Both the position numbers and the translations under genes were made by a program. A stretch of DNA of 63,464 bases, counting the filler, from Cercozoa sp. M6MM (lineage: Eukaryota; Protista; Endomyxa: Ascetosporea), in the NCBI GenBank assembly GCA_040357565.1. It is 8 parts of 8 records of this genome, joined end to end, with 100 filler letters (N's around TTAATTAATTAA, not from the genome) between each part and the next. Parts side by side here need not be neighbours in the genome. Positions count along the whole stretch, not along the records: positions 28,938 to 55,950 come from JBDODJ010000143.1; 7 more parts are not named here. One strand, written 5' to 3'. Positions 37,537 to 51,428 of the stretch are shown one piece after another. Each line of letters starts with the position of its first letter. Position 1 is the stretch's first letter. The notes beneath the pieces are model-generated. The model saw only the letters and a list, made by a program, of their open reading frames with translations, had not been told where the DNA came from and did no database searches.

Positions 37537-39873
37537 ATGAGTAGTGGACAAAACGGTAATATCCTGGCTAGACGCAAAACGAGTTTTTCTGTGATGTGGG
37601 ACATGTTCTGTGCCGGGCTGGTCGTTCTGGTTGGCCCGGAGCCTGACCCGCGCTGGCCGAGTGTTCTCTGTGTATCTGCGCTCGAATGGCAGCCTGTTTC
37701 ACAAAAGAAACCCAGCCATTCCGATTTTGTTTTTCTGGTCACCGCAGACCGATCATTTTTTTGCTGGCGCCGTTACGCGTGTGTTTGTTGTGCCCGCAGG
37801 AGGTGGAGCACGTGCAACGCAGTACGTGCCCCCGCATTTGCGTAACCGTGCCGGAGGGTAGACTCAAACTTCGCAGTGTGGTCTGTAGACTTTGTATCCT
37901 AATGTGCATAGACAAGAACCACAGCAGCAGTCGGGTGGGGGTCGCTTCGCGCGCGACGACGTGCGCAGTGGCGGCCGCGACTTCGGTCGCGGCTCGGACC
38001 GCCGTGACTTTGGCGGACGCCGCGATTACGGACGCGACTATGGCCGACGCGAGGGTGGCCGTGGCTACGGCGGTGGCCGCGACTTTGGACGCGGCGGTGG
38101 CGGTCGTGGCTACGGCGGTCGCGGAGGCCGCGGTCGCACTCACCCAGAGCTGTCTCCCGAGGCGGACGAGCGCTACGAGCGCGAGCTGTTCGGCGACGCC
38201 AGTCAGGCGCAGACGCAGGGAATTGACTTCTCGCGCTACGACGACATCCCGGTCGAGCTGTCCGAGGAGTTCCCGGAGCTCGACGACTTTGCCAACATGG
38301 ATCTGAGCGACTCGCTGGCCAATGCCATCAAGCTGTGCGGCTACACGAAGCCGACGCCGGTGCAGAAGTACTCGGTCCCGGTCGGTACGCAGGGCCGCGA
38401 CATCATGGCCTGTGCCCAGACCGGTTCGGTAGGCTTGCTGTACTCTGGGGACTTTGTCGTGTGTATATGTATGTGCATGTGAGCAGGGTAAGACGGCCGG
38501 TTTCCTGCTGCCGGTGATTGAGCGCATGTGCCGCATGAAGAAGGCCGGCGAGATCCGTCCGGCGGCGTCGTACCAGCGCGGCTCGCGCGAGACCTACTCG
38601 CCGACGGTATGGCTACTGCTTGTCTCTCGCCTGGTGTCTATGTGTGTCCATGTTTTGTGTGTGTATGTCAACAGGCCCTGGTGGTGGCGCCGGTGCGTGA
38701 GCTCGGCCAGCAGATCGTGCAGCATGCGCGACGACTGCTGTACCGCTCGCAGATGCGCGCTGTGTGGTATGTTCCCTGTCTATGCACGGACCGTGTGGGT
38801 GTGGGTGGGTGTGGGTGTGGCCTGTGTATGAGAGTGTGTGTAGCATCACGGGCGGTGAGGACTTTGGCGCGCAGATGCGTCGTCTGAGCTCGGTGGGCGC
38901 CGAGCTGATCGTGTGCACGCCGGGCCGCCTGAAGGACATGATCACGCGCGGCAAGATGGTGATGGACAACGTGCAGTTCCTGGTGCTCGACGAGGCCGAC
39001 CGCATGCTGGACATGGGCTTCGAGCAGGACATTCGCTTCATTGTGGAGGACACCAGCATGCGTCCCACGGAGGAGGGTCGTCAGACGATGCTGTTCTCGG
39101 CGACCTTCCCGGACGAGATCCAGCACCTGGCGCAGGACTTTTTGGCGCCGGACTACGTCTTCCTGACGGTGGGCCGCGTCGGCAGCACGATCGACCTGAT
39201 CGACCAGAAGCTCGAGTACGCCGAGGAGAACCAGAAGATGGACGTGCTGCTCGAGAAGCTCAGCGAGTGCGAGGGTCTCACGCTCATCTTCGTGCAGACG
39301 AAGCGCGCCGCCGACGAGATCGAGTACTACCTGTGCGAGTGCGGTGTCAACGCGCAGAGCATCCACGGCGACCGCACGCAGAGCGAGCGCGAGCGCGCGC
39401 TGGCGGCCTTCCGTTCCAAGAAGTGCCCGGTGCTCGTGGCCACCGACGTGGCTGCTCGCGGTCTCGACATCCCCGACGTCAAGTTCGTGATCAATTACGA
39501 CCTGCCGCAGAACATTGACACGTACACGCATCGCATCGGTCGTACCGGTCGCTGCGGCCACCACGGCACGGCCATCTCGTTCGTCAACGACCGCGACCGC
39601 GCGCTGCTGTCGGACCTGATGGGCAAGCTCGAGGAGTGCGAGCAGGAGGTGCCCGACTGGTTCGAGGCGCTCGTGCGCGACTCTGGCCGCCGTCGCCGCG
39701 GCGGTGGCGGCGGTCGTGGTCGCCGCAACTACGGTAGCGCTCTCTCTCTCTCTCTCTCTCCCCCCTACACACAACACGCGTATATGAGCTGTATGTCTGG
39801 GTGCAGGTGGCCGCGATGTGCGTCGCGATAACAACCGCGGCGGTGGCGGTGGCGGCTGGGGCAACGGGTATAT

Positions 39874-39908
<35 letters not shown>

Positions 39909-39973
39909 GTATATACTATGTATGTATATTATTTTTGTGTAGCGGCGGCTGGGGTAACTCCGGCGGCTGGTAA
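37537..39973 (+). CDS. DED1: DEAD-box RNA helicase of the Ded1/DDX3 subfamily, multi-exon
   Basis: YVPPHLRNR, RGG-rich N-terminus, GIDFSRYDDIPVE, Q motif YTKPTPVQKYS, CAQTGS|GKT, LVLDEADRMLDMGFE, SAT, ATDVAARGLDI, HRIGRTGR, QEVPDW, GGW* end. Confidence 0.95.
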
Positions 39974-40656
39974 GCGACTCGTGACGAGCGCTGTCCCGGT
40001 CTCGTGTACGTGTCTGGCCCGGCCCGTTCCGCTGTGTGTCGTCTTTTCTTTTTTGTTTCGTCGTCGTCGGTGGCTTGGCTTGGGCTCTGGGCTTAGCGTA
40101 GTACCCAATAGTAAACTGCAATTTCGTTCGACCCGTCGACTGCACGCGTGTCCTATATATTTTTGTTAATATCTACAGTTACCGGTAAAATACCGCTACT
40201 AGTGTCTCCACAATCAGCGCTGCCGATGAGTTGGGAGCAACAATGTCACCCCATCGCATTTCGAGAAATGGAAATATGTTTTGTTTCTAGAAAAGCTAGA
40301 AATGACAAGCAAAGTTGTATCTAGAAAAGATCAGGACGAACGAGACGAAACGGGCCGAAACATTTTCTCAAGTTGAGTCACATTGACGTTCTTCACCTGC
40401 GTCTTTAAGGAAAGAAACGTGAAGGAGGCGAAAGTACAGTTGGAGTCGTATTGATAATGCTTGCACTGGCGAAGGTTGCAACTGCACGAAACTACGCCAG
40501 ACCGCCGCAAAAGCCAACCACGCGGGGAAAACAAGAAACTTGTAATTATGTTGATTGACGTAAGAACCCAGTTGGGTTCTGACAAACGCCACGTCAGTAA
40601 CTGAAACTTGAACGGCGAAACGAAAAGCTGGGTTTTGGCAGAGCAACTTCGTTGCG

Positions 40657-41718
40657 TTAGAGTCGGAAACCTGTCGCTGGCTGTGAGCACAAAAAATCAT
40701 TAACACACGCACGCACAACTAATAACAAGGCGCTGTGTGGTACCTGTTGAGCCTGTCGCGTGGCCTGGGCCGACTCCATTTTCTTGAATCGCTCGCGACT
40801 CTCCTTCTTGCGCTGGCGAATCTGAGTGTCACAAACAAAATACTCGGTTGTTGTAGTAAAAAGCCAACAAGTGCGAATACCTCACGCTTGATCTGCTTGG
40901 CTGCAGCCTTGCGTGCCTTCTTTTCCGCCTTTGACTGTGCAGGTACAGGTACGGTACAGTTGTATTCATACGGCACGGTAGATTAGAGCCATGAGTACCT
41001 CCTTCTTGCTGCGCTTGGCGCCTTCGTCACCATCGGCGGCACGCAGCTTCTTGCGTCTCTTTTCTGTGTGTTCCTTCTTGCCGTCGTTGCCGAGCGTGAG
41101 TGGCGTGATGGTCATGTTGCCAGCCGCGGGGAAGTCGTCGAAACCAAGTGCGACGAACTGCGTCTCGTGACCGGCGCCGTAGAGGTCGAGGTGCAGGTTC
41201 GGCGTGACCCTGATGCCGCTGTCGTCCTGTGCACACAGGTGTATGTGTTGATATAGTCATTGTTGAATAGCACATCAGGTCAGGAGGTAGGTCAGGAGGT
41301 AGGTCATAAGGGAGGTCAGCACAACATACCGACTGTTGCGGCCGTCTCGTGTGGGAAACGTCAGTGTCGGCACTGCGCTGGGTCGATTTTGACGCTGCCT
41401 CAATCTCTGACTGTTCCGACTGCTGCTGCTGCTTGCGTCGGCGGCGACGTCGTGAGCGAGCGGTATCGCCTGCCGACAGAACGCCCTGTACAGACACACA
41501 TACACAGAAACGGGTCATACTGTTACGGGGGAGGGGTGATGATACCGGACGGTTCTCGAGGTTGGTGCGTGTCGTTAGGATCTTCCGTCTGGGGGGGGGG
41601 GGTAAAGAAAGGGTAGGGGCAAGGATAAGGAAGGCAGACTCACTGTCTCACAGTCCCACTCGTCGCGTGTCTCACCGCGGAACATGGTTCGCAGATCCTC
41701 GTCCACTTCTGTGGCCAG

Positions 41719-41750
<32 letters not shown>

Positions 41751-44290
41751 ATATATATATGTATATCTTACATATCTCTACATATCTCTATATATATATG
41801 AAAAATGGATAAGGTGTACGTTGCGGTGTCTCGGGGTTCTGCGTGTCGCGTTGGTGCCACTCCTGTCAGATAGAGGTAGAAAGCACACTCAGTATGCCGC
41901 GCACGCGCGCGTGTGTGTGTATGTGGTACCTCGATACGTCGCTGCACGGCCTCCATAACCTCCTCAGTGTCCATGTTCTGTCTCTGCATTGTACACATGA
42001 AGTGTAACCACGTGTAGCCACCCACCTTATAGGTAGTTAAGGGGGCGACACAAAGGTTACCTCCTTCTTGCGCTCGTAAAGATCGAGTGCGTAGTTGACG
42101 GCAGCACTGTCGGCCGACATAGTGGCACCGTCGGCACCTGCGGTTACATCTCGATACACAAAGGTATAGATGGGGGGGGGGGGATAAGTACCAGCAATAG
42201 GCATGCCAGTCTCTGGGTCGAACATCTCGTTCATGTACTCCGGGTGGTACTCTATGTAACGGGGGAGGGGGTAAGACGGGTTAAGTAGAGGGAGTAAAAG
42301 GAAGTGAGGGGAGAGAATACCCAGCTCCATGAGCGCCTCGTACTGCAGTTCTTCGACGGTCTTCTCGCGCCAGTTCTCACTGGCCTCTGGCAGTTCATCG
42401 TCGTCCTATATAAGCATATATATACATATTTATTTATTTATTTATTTGTATATAAATAAATGTACGTTATACATATATATATATTTTTTTTTCTATATCA
42501 ATAGAGATGAGGTAGACTACAGCCTCGTCGTCGGAGATACCGGCGCGTTGTGCCTTGTGCGGAGCAAAGATGTCGTTCTCGTCGTACTCTTCCTCCGGGT
42601 ACTCGTCTGTGCCACACGCACACACGAGGTGTATTTGTGTACACATTCAACAGGAGGGAAGGAGTGCTACCAAAGGCACAGTCGACACGCTCGAGCGAGA
42701 CACCGGCACCGAGTTCCTGCAGTACATGTATATACAAACACAGGCACCTACACAAGGCATATACCTGGGCCAAAAGGGCCATGTCGTCCTCGTCGAGTTC
42801 GCCAAAGCCGTCAATGTCGAAGTGTTCCTCGTGCATCTCGAAGTCCCCCTCATCGTCGTCGTAATCGCTCTTGGCATCCTCGTCGTCCTCGGGGTCCTCT
42901 CTGTCCCTGGCAGCACGGTGTGCCCGGCCCTGCGGACACAAAAGTTAAGGGAGGGTACCCTACTACCCATAACGTATGAATAGTACCACAGTAGTCTCCT
43001 GCAGGTTAATCAACGTGGCTTCTGGGTCCTCGTCCTCCTCGCTCTTCTCCGAGGCCACTTCCTACATAGGCGTGCATATATCATATACACATATACACAT
43101 ATGTACACCCATCTTGGACTTACATCAACCAGGACGCCCTTTGCAAACTGGTCGAACGCTTGTTCGCCACCTGTTTCACACAGATAACGGGGGGGGGGGG
43201 CAAAGAGGCAGAGAATGGGGGGGGGGGTAAGGGGTAAAAGTACCCATAGCCTGCAGCACAAAATCGTCATCGAGTGCCTCAAAATCGCCCTCCTCGGCGA
43301 GTGCGTCAAAGTAGTCCTCGGTAATGTGCGCCGTGTCCATTTGCTGCACGCCCTTCTGCAACAACAGGGGTAACGAGGGGTAACGAGGGGTGATGGGGGT
43401 AAAGCTAACCAACCTCGCCCTGGACAAGCGCGCGGAAGAGTTTCGCACCGCGGGTTTCCTTCTGTGATTGCTCGTCGTCCTCGTCCGTCTGAGTCTTCTT
43501 GTCGTCGTCGTTTTCGTTTTCACTGTCGGAGCCTATGTGTAATTGGTTCAGTACAGTCCAGTTTTAGTTTAGTCCAGTCCAGTCCAGTCCAGTCCAGTCC
43601 CAAAAAGGTCAGCTGTACCAACTGACTTCTCGCGCAGCTTGTGCGCAGCGATCAGTTCGTCCGGCACGTAGCCTTTCGCCTACTCAAACAAACACATCGA
43701 AACCGAGAAACAAGAGCACAATGCACCTAAAGAGTACCCAAACGAAGCGCTCCTCATTGATTGCAGCCAGGTACTGCTCCGGTTCAAAGTTCGGATCGAA
43801 CTGGTTCGACATGAGTGCTTGGAATCGCGCCTGTCGTCTTTCCTGCCAAAGCACACCACACCCAAACACGTATCAGTCTGCGCCCTAAACAGCTAGAAAA
43901 AGATCGCACTTGGTACTCGCGCTCAAAGCGCTCGTGGTCGGGCATCATGCCCTGCAGGTCCCTCTCGAGCTCGGCATCCGGCGTTCCCGACACCAGACGC
44001 AGCGTGTGCGCCTATTTCACACCATGGATGCGTATACACAGGTACCGCAGACACTTCAATGGCAAGTACCGTCGGATCGTCGCTGTGCGGATCGGCGACG
44101 AGCTCGTACGTCACACCAGGCGGACTGCACAAACAACAGGTTGGTTTCACTGACATCGATCAGCCAAAGAAACGCACTATTCTCGGTCCTGGTGGCTCTT
44201 TGGTTCGATGCCTTGCTCACGAAGACGCGCGTTGGCACGCTCGCGTCGCTCCCGGCGCTTCTGATTCGCCTTACGGCCCTTCCTTGCCAT
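40657..44290 (-). CDS. LTV1: 40S ribosome assembly factor Ltv1-like, multi-exon
   Basis: Acidic protein with LDDDFVLQAMG, EWDCET|ILTTRTNLENRP (cf. Ltv1 WDCESILSTYSNLYNHP) and EKKARKAAAKQIKREIRQRKKESRERFK C-terminus. Confidence 0.85.
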
Positions 44291-44580
44291 CCAATAATCA
44301 CTTTTTCAGAGAAAACTCTGATCACACACACTCCGCCCTATGTAGTGTAGGGGTAGTTTTGGGTGATGCAACTGTCCGTGGATACGCTGGCACCACTCCG
44401 CGCGTCTGGTGTGGTCAGAATGATGCTCTGATGGCAAGGTGAGCCGAGAGACCGGGCTCCGACAGAATGATCAGTGAGTCGCAAGAAAAAAAAAATTGTG
44501 CGGTGCATAAACCAAGCTCTTTTGTTTCGCAATCGCGAGAGGTGCACGACAGTGTCACTGTTTTTAGTTATAGACAGGAG

Positions 44581-46492
44581 ATGAAGTTTATTATCACTGC
44601 CGCTTTGGTACAAATGACTGTTGTGTTGGGTCTTGGTCTTGGTTCGCTGTTTTTGTAGCAGGTCTTTTTCTTACGTGCACGTGTCCTGTCTAGGCCGCCC
44701 TGGCATGTGGTGTTACGGCCGAGATCCCGGAGGAGTCGGTGCAGTTGCCATCGTTCATGCAGCAGGTGTCGATGTCGCCGCGCTCGAAGTTCCCATCCGT
44801 CACTGGTACTGAAGCCATACCAAGTCCTTTTGTTCGACTTTTATGTGCTGTGGTTTGTGTTGCTGGGTAGAGAAGGACCCGCTTGTCATGCAATTGATGG
44901 TGCTTTTCCCTTGTTCTTCAGTATGTTGCTCAATGGATTGGATTCAACAATGAACTCTTTGGACAGGCCGAGATTTCGCAGTTCGAGCTGCTGTCGGATC
45001 TCGAGACGCTCACGCAGACGGTAGAGCTTTTTGTTTTTTCTCTTTTTAGGAATTTTATATAGATGTTACGGTATGATGCATGTTTGGCAGTTCCACACGC
45101 GCAACTCGTACAGCCAGGAGGGTACCTCCCACCCAAAATACTATGGGTGCAAGTGGTATGTCTCCGTGTTTGGGCAGTGCACGACACGCAGCACATGTTG
45201 GAGCGTTACTACGCCAAGCTGAGCCGCGACTTTGAGTACGTTGGCCCTTGTGTTATGACTCCCCGTGCAGTAATATTCGGGATCGATGCCTCCTTCTCTG
45301 TAGGATCAGCACGCTCGCCTACAACGCGGACGAGGCCGAGAACGTCATTGCCGTGCTGCCGGTACCACACCTGACCTTCCACTCGACTCAACATATGTAG
45401 ATTGGCGATTTGACTGACGGTGCGTTTCTCTGTGTGACTGACAGGGTACCAACCCGGACCTGCCGGCCGTGCTGGTGGGTGCGCACTACGACTCGCGCAT
45501 GGAGGACGTCGATGACGCGCACTCGCGTGCCCCGTATGCTTTGCCCCCCTCGCCCGTCAATGTGGGATACACTGTTGTTATATGACAGGGGTGCTGATGA
45601 CGATGGTTCTGGCACCGTCGCTCTGCGTACTGCCTGTTCTAACATGCGCAATACATTTATATATAATATGTATATATTGTACCACCGTGTCTCTGTAGTT
45701 GCTCTGGCCCGTGCCGTCATCCGTCTGCGCGAGCGTGGTACGCCTTGCGACTAATGAGGAAGGCAAGGGATCGATCAATCGATCTATGAGAATGCTAATG
45801 CAGGCATCAAGTTCTCGCGCTCGATCCGCTTCGTGCACTTCTGTGGCGAGGAGCAGGGCCTGCACGGCAGCATCGCGCTGGCCAAGCACTACTTCCTGCA
45901 CAACGTGCCGCTGTACGCCATGCTGAGTTCTGCCTGCTCTCTCTCTCTCTCTCTCTCTCCGTCTAACGTGTCTATTAGTCTCCCTGTCCCTGTCCTATTT
46001 ATCTACCTGTCAATGTGCATAGACATGGACATGCTCGGCTTCCAGGCCGGTGATCGCATTGTGGCTGGCTTTAAGGGTAGTCTCCTTGTGTTGTTTGCAT
46101 GCGCAGAGTATTTGTGAGTGTGTATGATATACTGATGAACAGACGCGCGTGTGTCCAAGTCGCTGACGCAGGCCTCGATGGACTACATCCACACGTACAT
46201 GCCGGGCCTGCCGACCGAGTACTCGTCGTCGTGCTGCAGCGACTACATGCCCTTCTTTGCCGCCGGCTACGACGTCGTTGGCTTCTTTGAGAGCGCCAAG
46301 ACGGCCAGTGACTACCCGTACTACCACACGTCGGAGGACACGGTACACCATCCCTCCTCTTCCATCTATCTGTATGATTATACAATGCATGTGTCTGTTC
46401 TGCAGGTTGACAAGGTCAACGTGTTCCAGATGCAGCTGCTCACGCAGGCCATCGCCTCGGTGCTCGGCACGCTCACGCACATGCACAACTAG
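44581..46492 (+). CDS. Secreted M28 family metallo-aminopeptidase (leucyl aminopeptidase-like)
   Basis: Signal-like MKFIITAALVQMTVVLG; Zn-ligand motifs VGAHYDS, GADDDGSG, FCGEEQGLHGS, MDMLGF, SDYMPF, YYHTSED. Confidence 0.92.
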
Positions 46493-47033
46493 AGTGTGCA
46501 TCCTCGCTGCCCAATGAGGCTATCTCGTCTTCGACAAGTTGCCCAGGCCGACTTGCTTCTGTACCGTACGTACGTCACGCCACACCATAGCTGCAAGCTA
46601 CTAGTTGCTTTTACGTACCGATCTTGTTCTTATTATGAGCTAGCTGAATTAATAGTGTACAAATGCATCGAGTTCCGACAAGTCAATCCGAATCGTACGT
46701 GACCGTCGTTGGGATTTCACGTTGCACTTGCGAAGACTGGACATGCGCGTGACTACGCGGCCGTTGTCGTTGCAGTCAAAGGCCCTGGTCGTCGTCATCG
46801 CGAGTGCGATTGCGGTGAAATCGAACGCGCAATCTGTTCACCATCTTCAAAGTGACCACTGGAAACTCCACTTGCTGCGCACGATCCTGCGCGCTGAGCT
46901 ATGTGTTTCTGCCAGTAAGGTTATCAAAGAAACTTACAAAAGTCAACTGCAGCTGGCATACGCTCGGCTGTGCATGACTAAAAGTACTAGCATTCTACAA
47001 CAGCAAGCCCCGAAACCTATAGCTGTAGCGAGC

Positions 47034-47749
47034 TTAGCGCGCGTGCAGAGCGTAGTGCGGCGCCGACTGGAAACTCAGGGCGGGACTAAAGCCTCCAGCG
47101 GCAGGCGGCACTCCCTGCGCTGTGGCTGCAGTACACACAAACACATAGACAGGACAGTCAAATGCAGTTTAGTTGAGACAGTCCAATCCGGTCCGGTCCA
47201 GTCCAGTCCAGTCCGGTCAGCACAGATCAAGAGTCAGTACGCACCGTTGGAAGGAACGAAGCGCGGTCGTGGCGGTCGCTTGCGCGGTCGCAGCACGCGG
47301 AAGGAGCGCTGCCTCGGCGGTGTCGGTACCGACGGTGCCGGTACATGCTGTACCGACTGCTGTACAGAGTGAACAGACTGTGCAGACTGTTGGACAGGCC
47401 GCACAGCCGTCTGTACAGGCTGTTGGACAGGCTGTTGGACAGGCTGTACAGAAGGGACCGACGGTTGGGCAGGTCGGAAGAAGTCGTCGAACGAGGCCTT
47501 GCGCTGCCTGGTCGGCTGAGTCGGTTGCTGAGCTGCCTGGACTGCCTGGACTGCCTGTGTGGGTTGCAGGGGTGCCTGTGTGGGTTGCAGGGGTGCCTGT
47601 GTGGGTTGCGGGAGTGCCTGTGCTTGTTGCGGAAAGGCAGATGGCGTCGACGAGAAGAGCGAGTCGAAGGACATGGCAGCAGCACCCGTCGCTTGTTGTT
47701 TTTCTTCAGTTTGTTGTTGCAGTTGTTGTTGTTGTTGTTGCAGTTGCAG

Positions 47750-47796
<47 letters not shown>

Positions 47797-47806
47797 NNNN
47801 NNNNNN

Positions 47807-47852
<46 letters not shown>

Positions 47853-50800
47853 GCAGTTGTTGTTGTTGTTGCAGTTGTTGTTGTTGTTGCAGTTGTTGTT
47901 GCTGCTGCTGTTGCGTTTCTTCAGCGACCAGTTGCACCGAAGTTTCGATCTCTGCACAGGGTCGGAAGGGGGTAAAGGGTGTGTTGTGTGGGGGGTAAAC
48001 AGAGCAGCGCCACCCTGACACCTGGCCAGCACGTGGCGCAGCAACGCCGAGTCGACGTCGCTCTGACTGACCCAGAGAGCCAGACGGTGCGCCACGTGCC
48101 TCGCCTCACTGCCGCACCCACTGTCGCGCAGACCGCTCGAACCGTCCAGCAGCTGCGACGCCACCTCCAGGCAGGCCTCTTGCACTACCGGGGGGGGGGG
48201 CCCCGCGGGGGGCCGGGGGAGGGGTAAAGTGTACCAGCTGACAGATACTCGGGCAGACACAGCGAAACGCATGCAACGAACAGCGCCAGTTGCGACTGTT
48301 TTCGCGCCGCTCGCATCGCTCGCTGCAATGCACTCTGCGCAGGGGAGTAGGGTAAGATGGAGTAAGAGGGGTGGGGGGTAAACAGGGGGGGTAAACAGAA
48401 GAGTAGAGCACCACGGGCGAGTGACCGAGCACGTGCGAGAGCAGAGCGGCCGCCACGGCGCGCCACACGTCGCCGCTTTCGGCGAACACTTGCGCGCACA
48501 CAGCGGCCAAATCTACGGAGGGGGGTAAAGGGTAAGTAGAGGATAAGTAGAGGCAAGAAGGAAGTAAAGAGAGGGGGGGGTTAAAGTACGAGGAGCCCTG
48601 GCGACAACGCGCATCGTGAGCACCCAGGCTTCGTCGGTCCACTCAGAGACGGTATCGTCGGTATCATCAATATCATCACTGACATCACCGTCACTCAGCA
48701 CACGCAACCACATGCGACCCAGCGGTGCCAGCACCTTCATCTCACTGCCGGGGGGTGTAAGTGGGGGTAAGAGGGGTACGGGGGGGGGGGGGGTAGTACC
48801 GAACAGCACGTGCAACAGCGGTGGTGTCACTGATGGTGGTACCAGCGACGGTGACACGTGTGACACTGTCACCACCGACACCGTCACTGGCACGTGCCAG
48901 CAGACAGAGATCACTCACGCAGAGTGCGTGCCACGGCAGTGACCGACCGATCGCCTCGGCACGCGCCGCCGCGAATTCGCCGCGCTGCAGCAGTTTCGCC
49001 ACGGCGGCCTCCTCGCTATCCGCGCGGACCTCCGCCACTGTGTCCAATGTGTCCACCAATGTGTCCGCGCGGACGTCCGCGCTGACGCAGCGCGACAAGA
49101 AACGCGCCGCCGCCGACGCGACATTCAAAACGGCGCCATCGCGTTCGAAAACGGCGCGCGCGAATTCCGCGAGCGTCGGCGCTGCTTCCGCCACGCCTGG
49201 CTCGTTCAACTGCTCGCATCAGGGGGGGGGGCCTAAAGGGTTTAATGGGTAAAGGTTATGATGGGGGGTAGGAGGTTAATGTGTAAAGGGTATGGTGAGG
49301 TAGGGGTAAGGGGTAAAATACGCGGAACGAATCGCCGCTCGGCACGGCGTAGGTACCGCCTGGGGGGGGGGGGGGGGGTAAATGGGGGTAAGGGGTAAGG
49401 GACTCAGATACCGACAGCAAAGCCCGCGCGAGACTCGGGCGAGAAAACTCCGATTTCGCTCGAGAGGGGCGGTATTTCGTCCTTGTGTTCTGGGGGGGGG
49501 GGGGGGTAAAATAACAGGGGAACAGGGGGGTAAAGGAGAGAGAAACGCGTACGAGAGACCGGCGAAACAAACGGCGATCCTGTTGTTTCAGTACCTGCGC
49601 GCGGGGGGGGGGGGGGTAAAGGGGGCAAGGGAGAGGAAGGTAAAGAGTCGTCCCCCACCGCCAACAGGAGCGAAAAAGGCGTCGAGAGAGTCGTGCTGCT
49701 GTTGCCGCACCGACTCAACCCGTTCAACCGGCGGTCCAGCAGGACTCACTGTCGGCTCAGGCAGGAAGGGTACCGACTCAGTCGGCTCGGATGCAAAGAA
49801 GTCCAATCCGACCTTCCGGCGCTCCAGCAGCGGCGACGTCACGCACACCGCCGCACTCGGCCCGAACGGTTCCGCCTCGTGCTCGACGTTCCTGTCCGCG
49901 CGGAAGCTCTCTCTGCAGGAAGGTGACCACAGTGACCACAGCCACCCTTTGCAGATACACACAAAGTACCTGGCCGTGCTGAGACTGCTCTGCCGTTGAC
50001 GAGTTGAGTTTGCTGCCGCCCCGGGCGAAAACATGGCGTCGAATTCCGCGCGCTGCTGCAACAAAGCAAATGCCACGCGAAAATCAACACAAAATCACCG
50101 CGAGCTGCCACAAAGTGTTTTTACCGTTTCTGCGTCGGTGGCACAAGCTGCAGCTGCAGCGGCGGCATCGTCGAACGGCGACTCACTGTCGGCGCCCACG
50201 GCCGCAACAAAAGAGAAATCACCGCCACTCGAAGTGAGTGCTGCGAAGGAATCCACAAACGCGTCGTTTCCGGCCACTGCATCTCCCCCGAAAGCTTCGA
50301 CCTTCGCAAAAGCGTCGTCTTTCGCAAAAGCTTCATCTTTCGCAAAAGCTTCGTCTTTTGTCAACGCTTCGTCTTGCGCGACGGCGGTGCTTGGTGCTTG
50401 GACACTTTGCGGCACTGCTTCGACCGTTTCGGTCGTTTTTTCGACTCGCTGCGGCGCAAGCGCGCCGATTTCGGCGGCGTCGTTTTCGCGAATTTCGGAA
50501 TCAGCGCTGAGATCGGCGCCAAAGTCGTCGCCAAAATTGATCTCGGTCAGCTTGGCGCCGAAATCGCGCTGTTCCGACGTCGTTTCGGTCGCAGCAGCTT
50601 CTGTTTCCTTGGCCGCAGCAGTTTCAGTTTCGATCTCAACTGAAGCTTCCGAAGCTGCTTGCGTCTCGTGCGTGCGCTGCTTGCTTTCGCTAGTGTAGGA
50701 GTCGAGATTGAACTCGGCCTCGAGCGCGCCGAAATCGGCGTCGAGCTCGGCGCCAAAGTCGGCCAGAAGCGCTTCCGTCGTGGGCGAGACATCCTGCGGC

Positions 50801-51209
50801 GCCTGCCTGGCCTGCTGCTTTGACGCTGAGGGAGCACCGGCAACGTCGAACTCGCGCATCATTTCGTCGAGATCAATGTCGAATTCGCTAACGTCGACGT
50901 CCATCGCGTCCGCTTTCGCCAGCGCATCGTTTTTCGCAGCAACGTCGCTCTCGGCAGCAGCGTCGCTCTCGGTCGTCTCAGCAACAGGCGTCGCTTCGAC
51001 TGCGACGGGCGCGTCCAACTCGCCTCCGAAATCGGCATCACCAAAATCGAGTTCGAGGTCGAGGTCGTCAAAGTTGAGCGCCTCCTCGCCGTTTTCAAAG
51101 TCGCCTGAGACAAAAACAAACGGTTTGAAAACACATCACAAAACATTTCGATTTTCGTCATTCCCTCTTGCGTCAAGCAAAACAGCGAGGCTAGCAGTAT
51201 ACCTGGCAT
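47034..51209 (-). CDS. Divergent Sec16-like COPII scaffold protein with acidic DFG-rich N-terminus and Q/P-rich C-terminus
   Basis: RAGFAVGG (cf. FGFGG), VAKLLQRGEFAAARAEAIGRSLPWHALCVS (cf. LL.G....AL..A....LW.HAL), APLGRMWLRVLS, WVLTMRVVA; long disordered flanks. Confidence 0.5.
47710..47912. repeat. (TTG)n / poly-Gln coding tract on the minus strand, with a 10-N gap
   Basis: Directly visible. Confidence 0.9.
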
Positions 51210-51428
51210 AGTGCCTGCTCGACAAAGACCCCTAAGAACGACGCTTTAGCACCAAAGAGCTGCGATAGTCAAGAAGTTCAAAGCTGGACTGCAGGGAAAA
51301 TAGAAAAATAAAGGCACACTTTGTGCTCTCTGGTTCATGAATAGAAGTCCCACTGCACACTGAGGACGTTTTGTTGTAATAACATTAGTTTAAGCTTGTG
51401 GAGACCCAGATTAAGCGACCTCGGAATC

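Noticed and set aside
38668-39864. Long antisense ORFs (also 1691-2428, 56966-58453, 50033-50698)
   Set aside because: Shadows of GC3-rich coding strands or microsatellite read-through.
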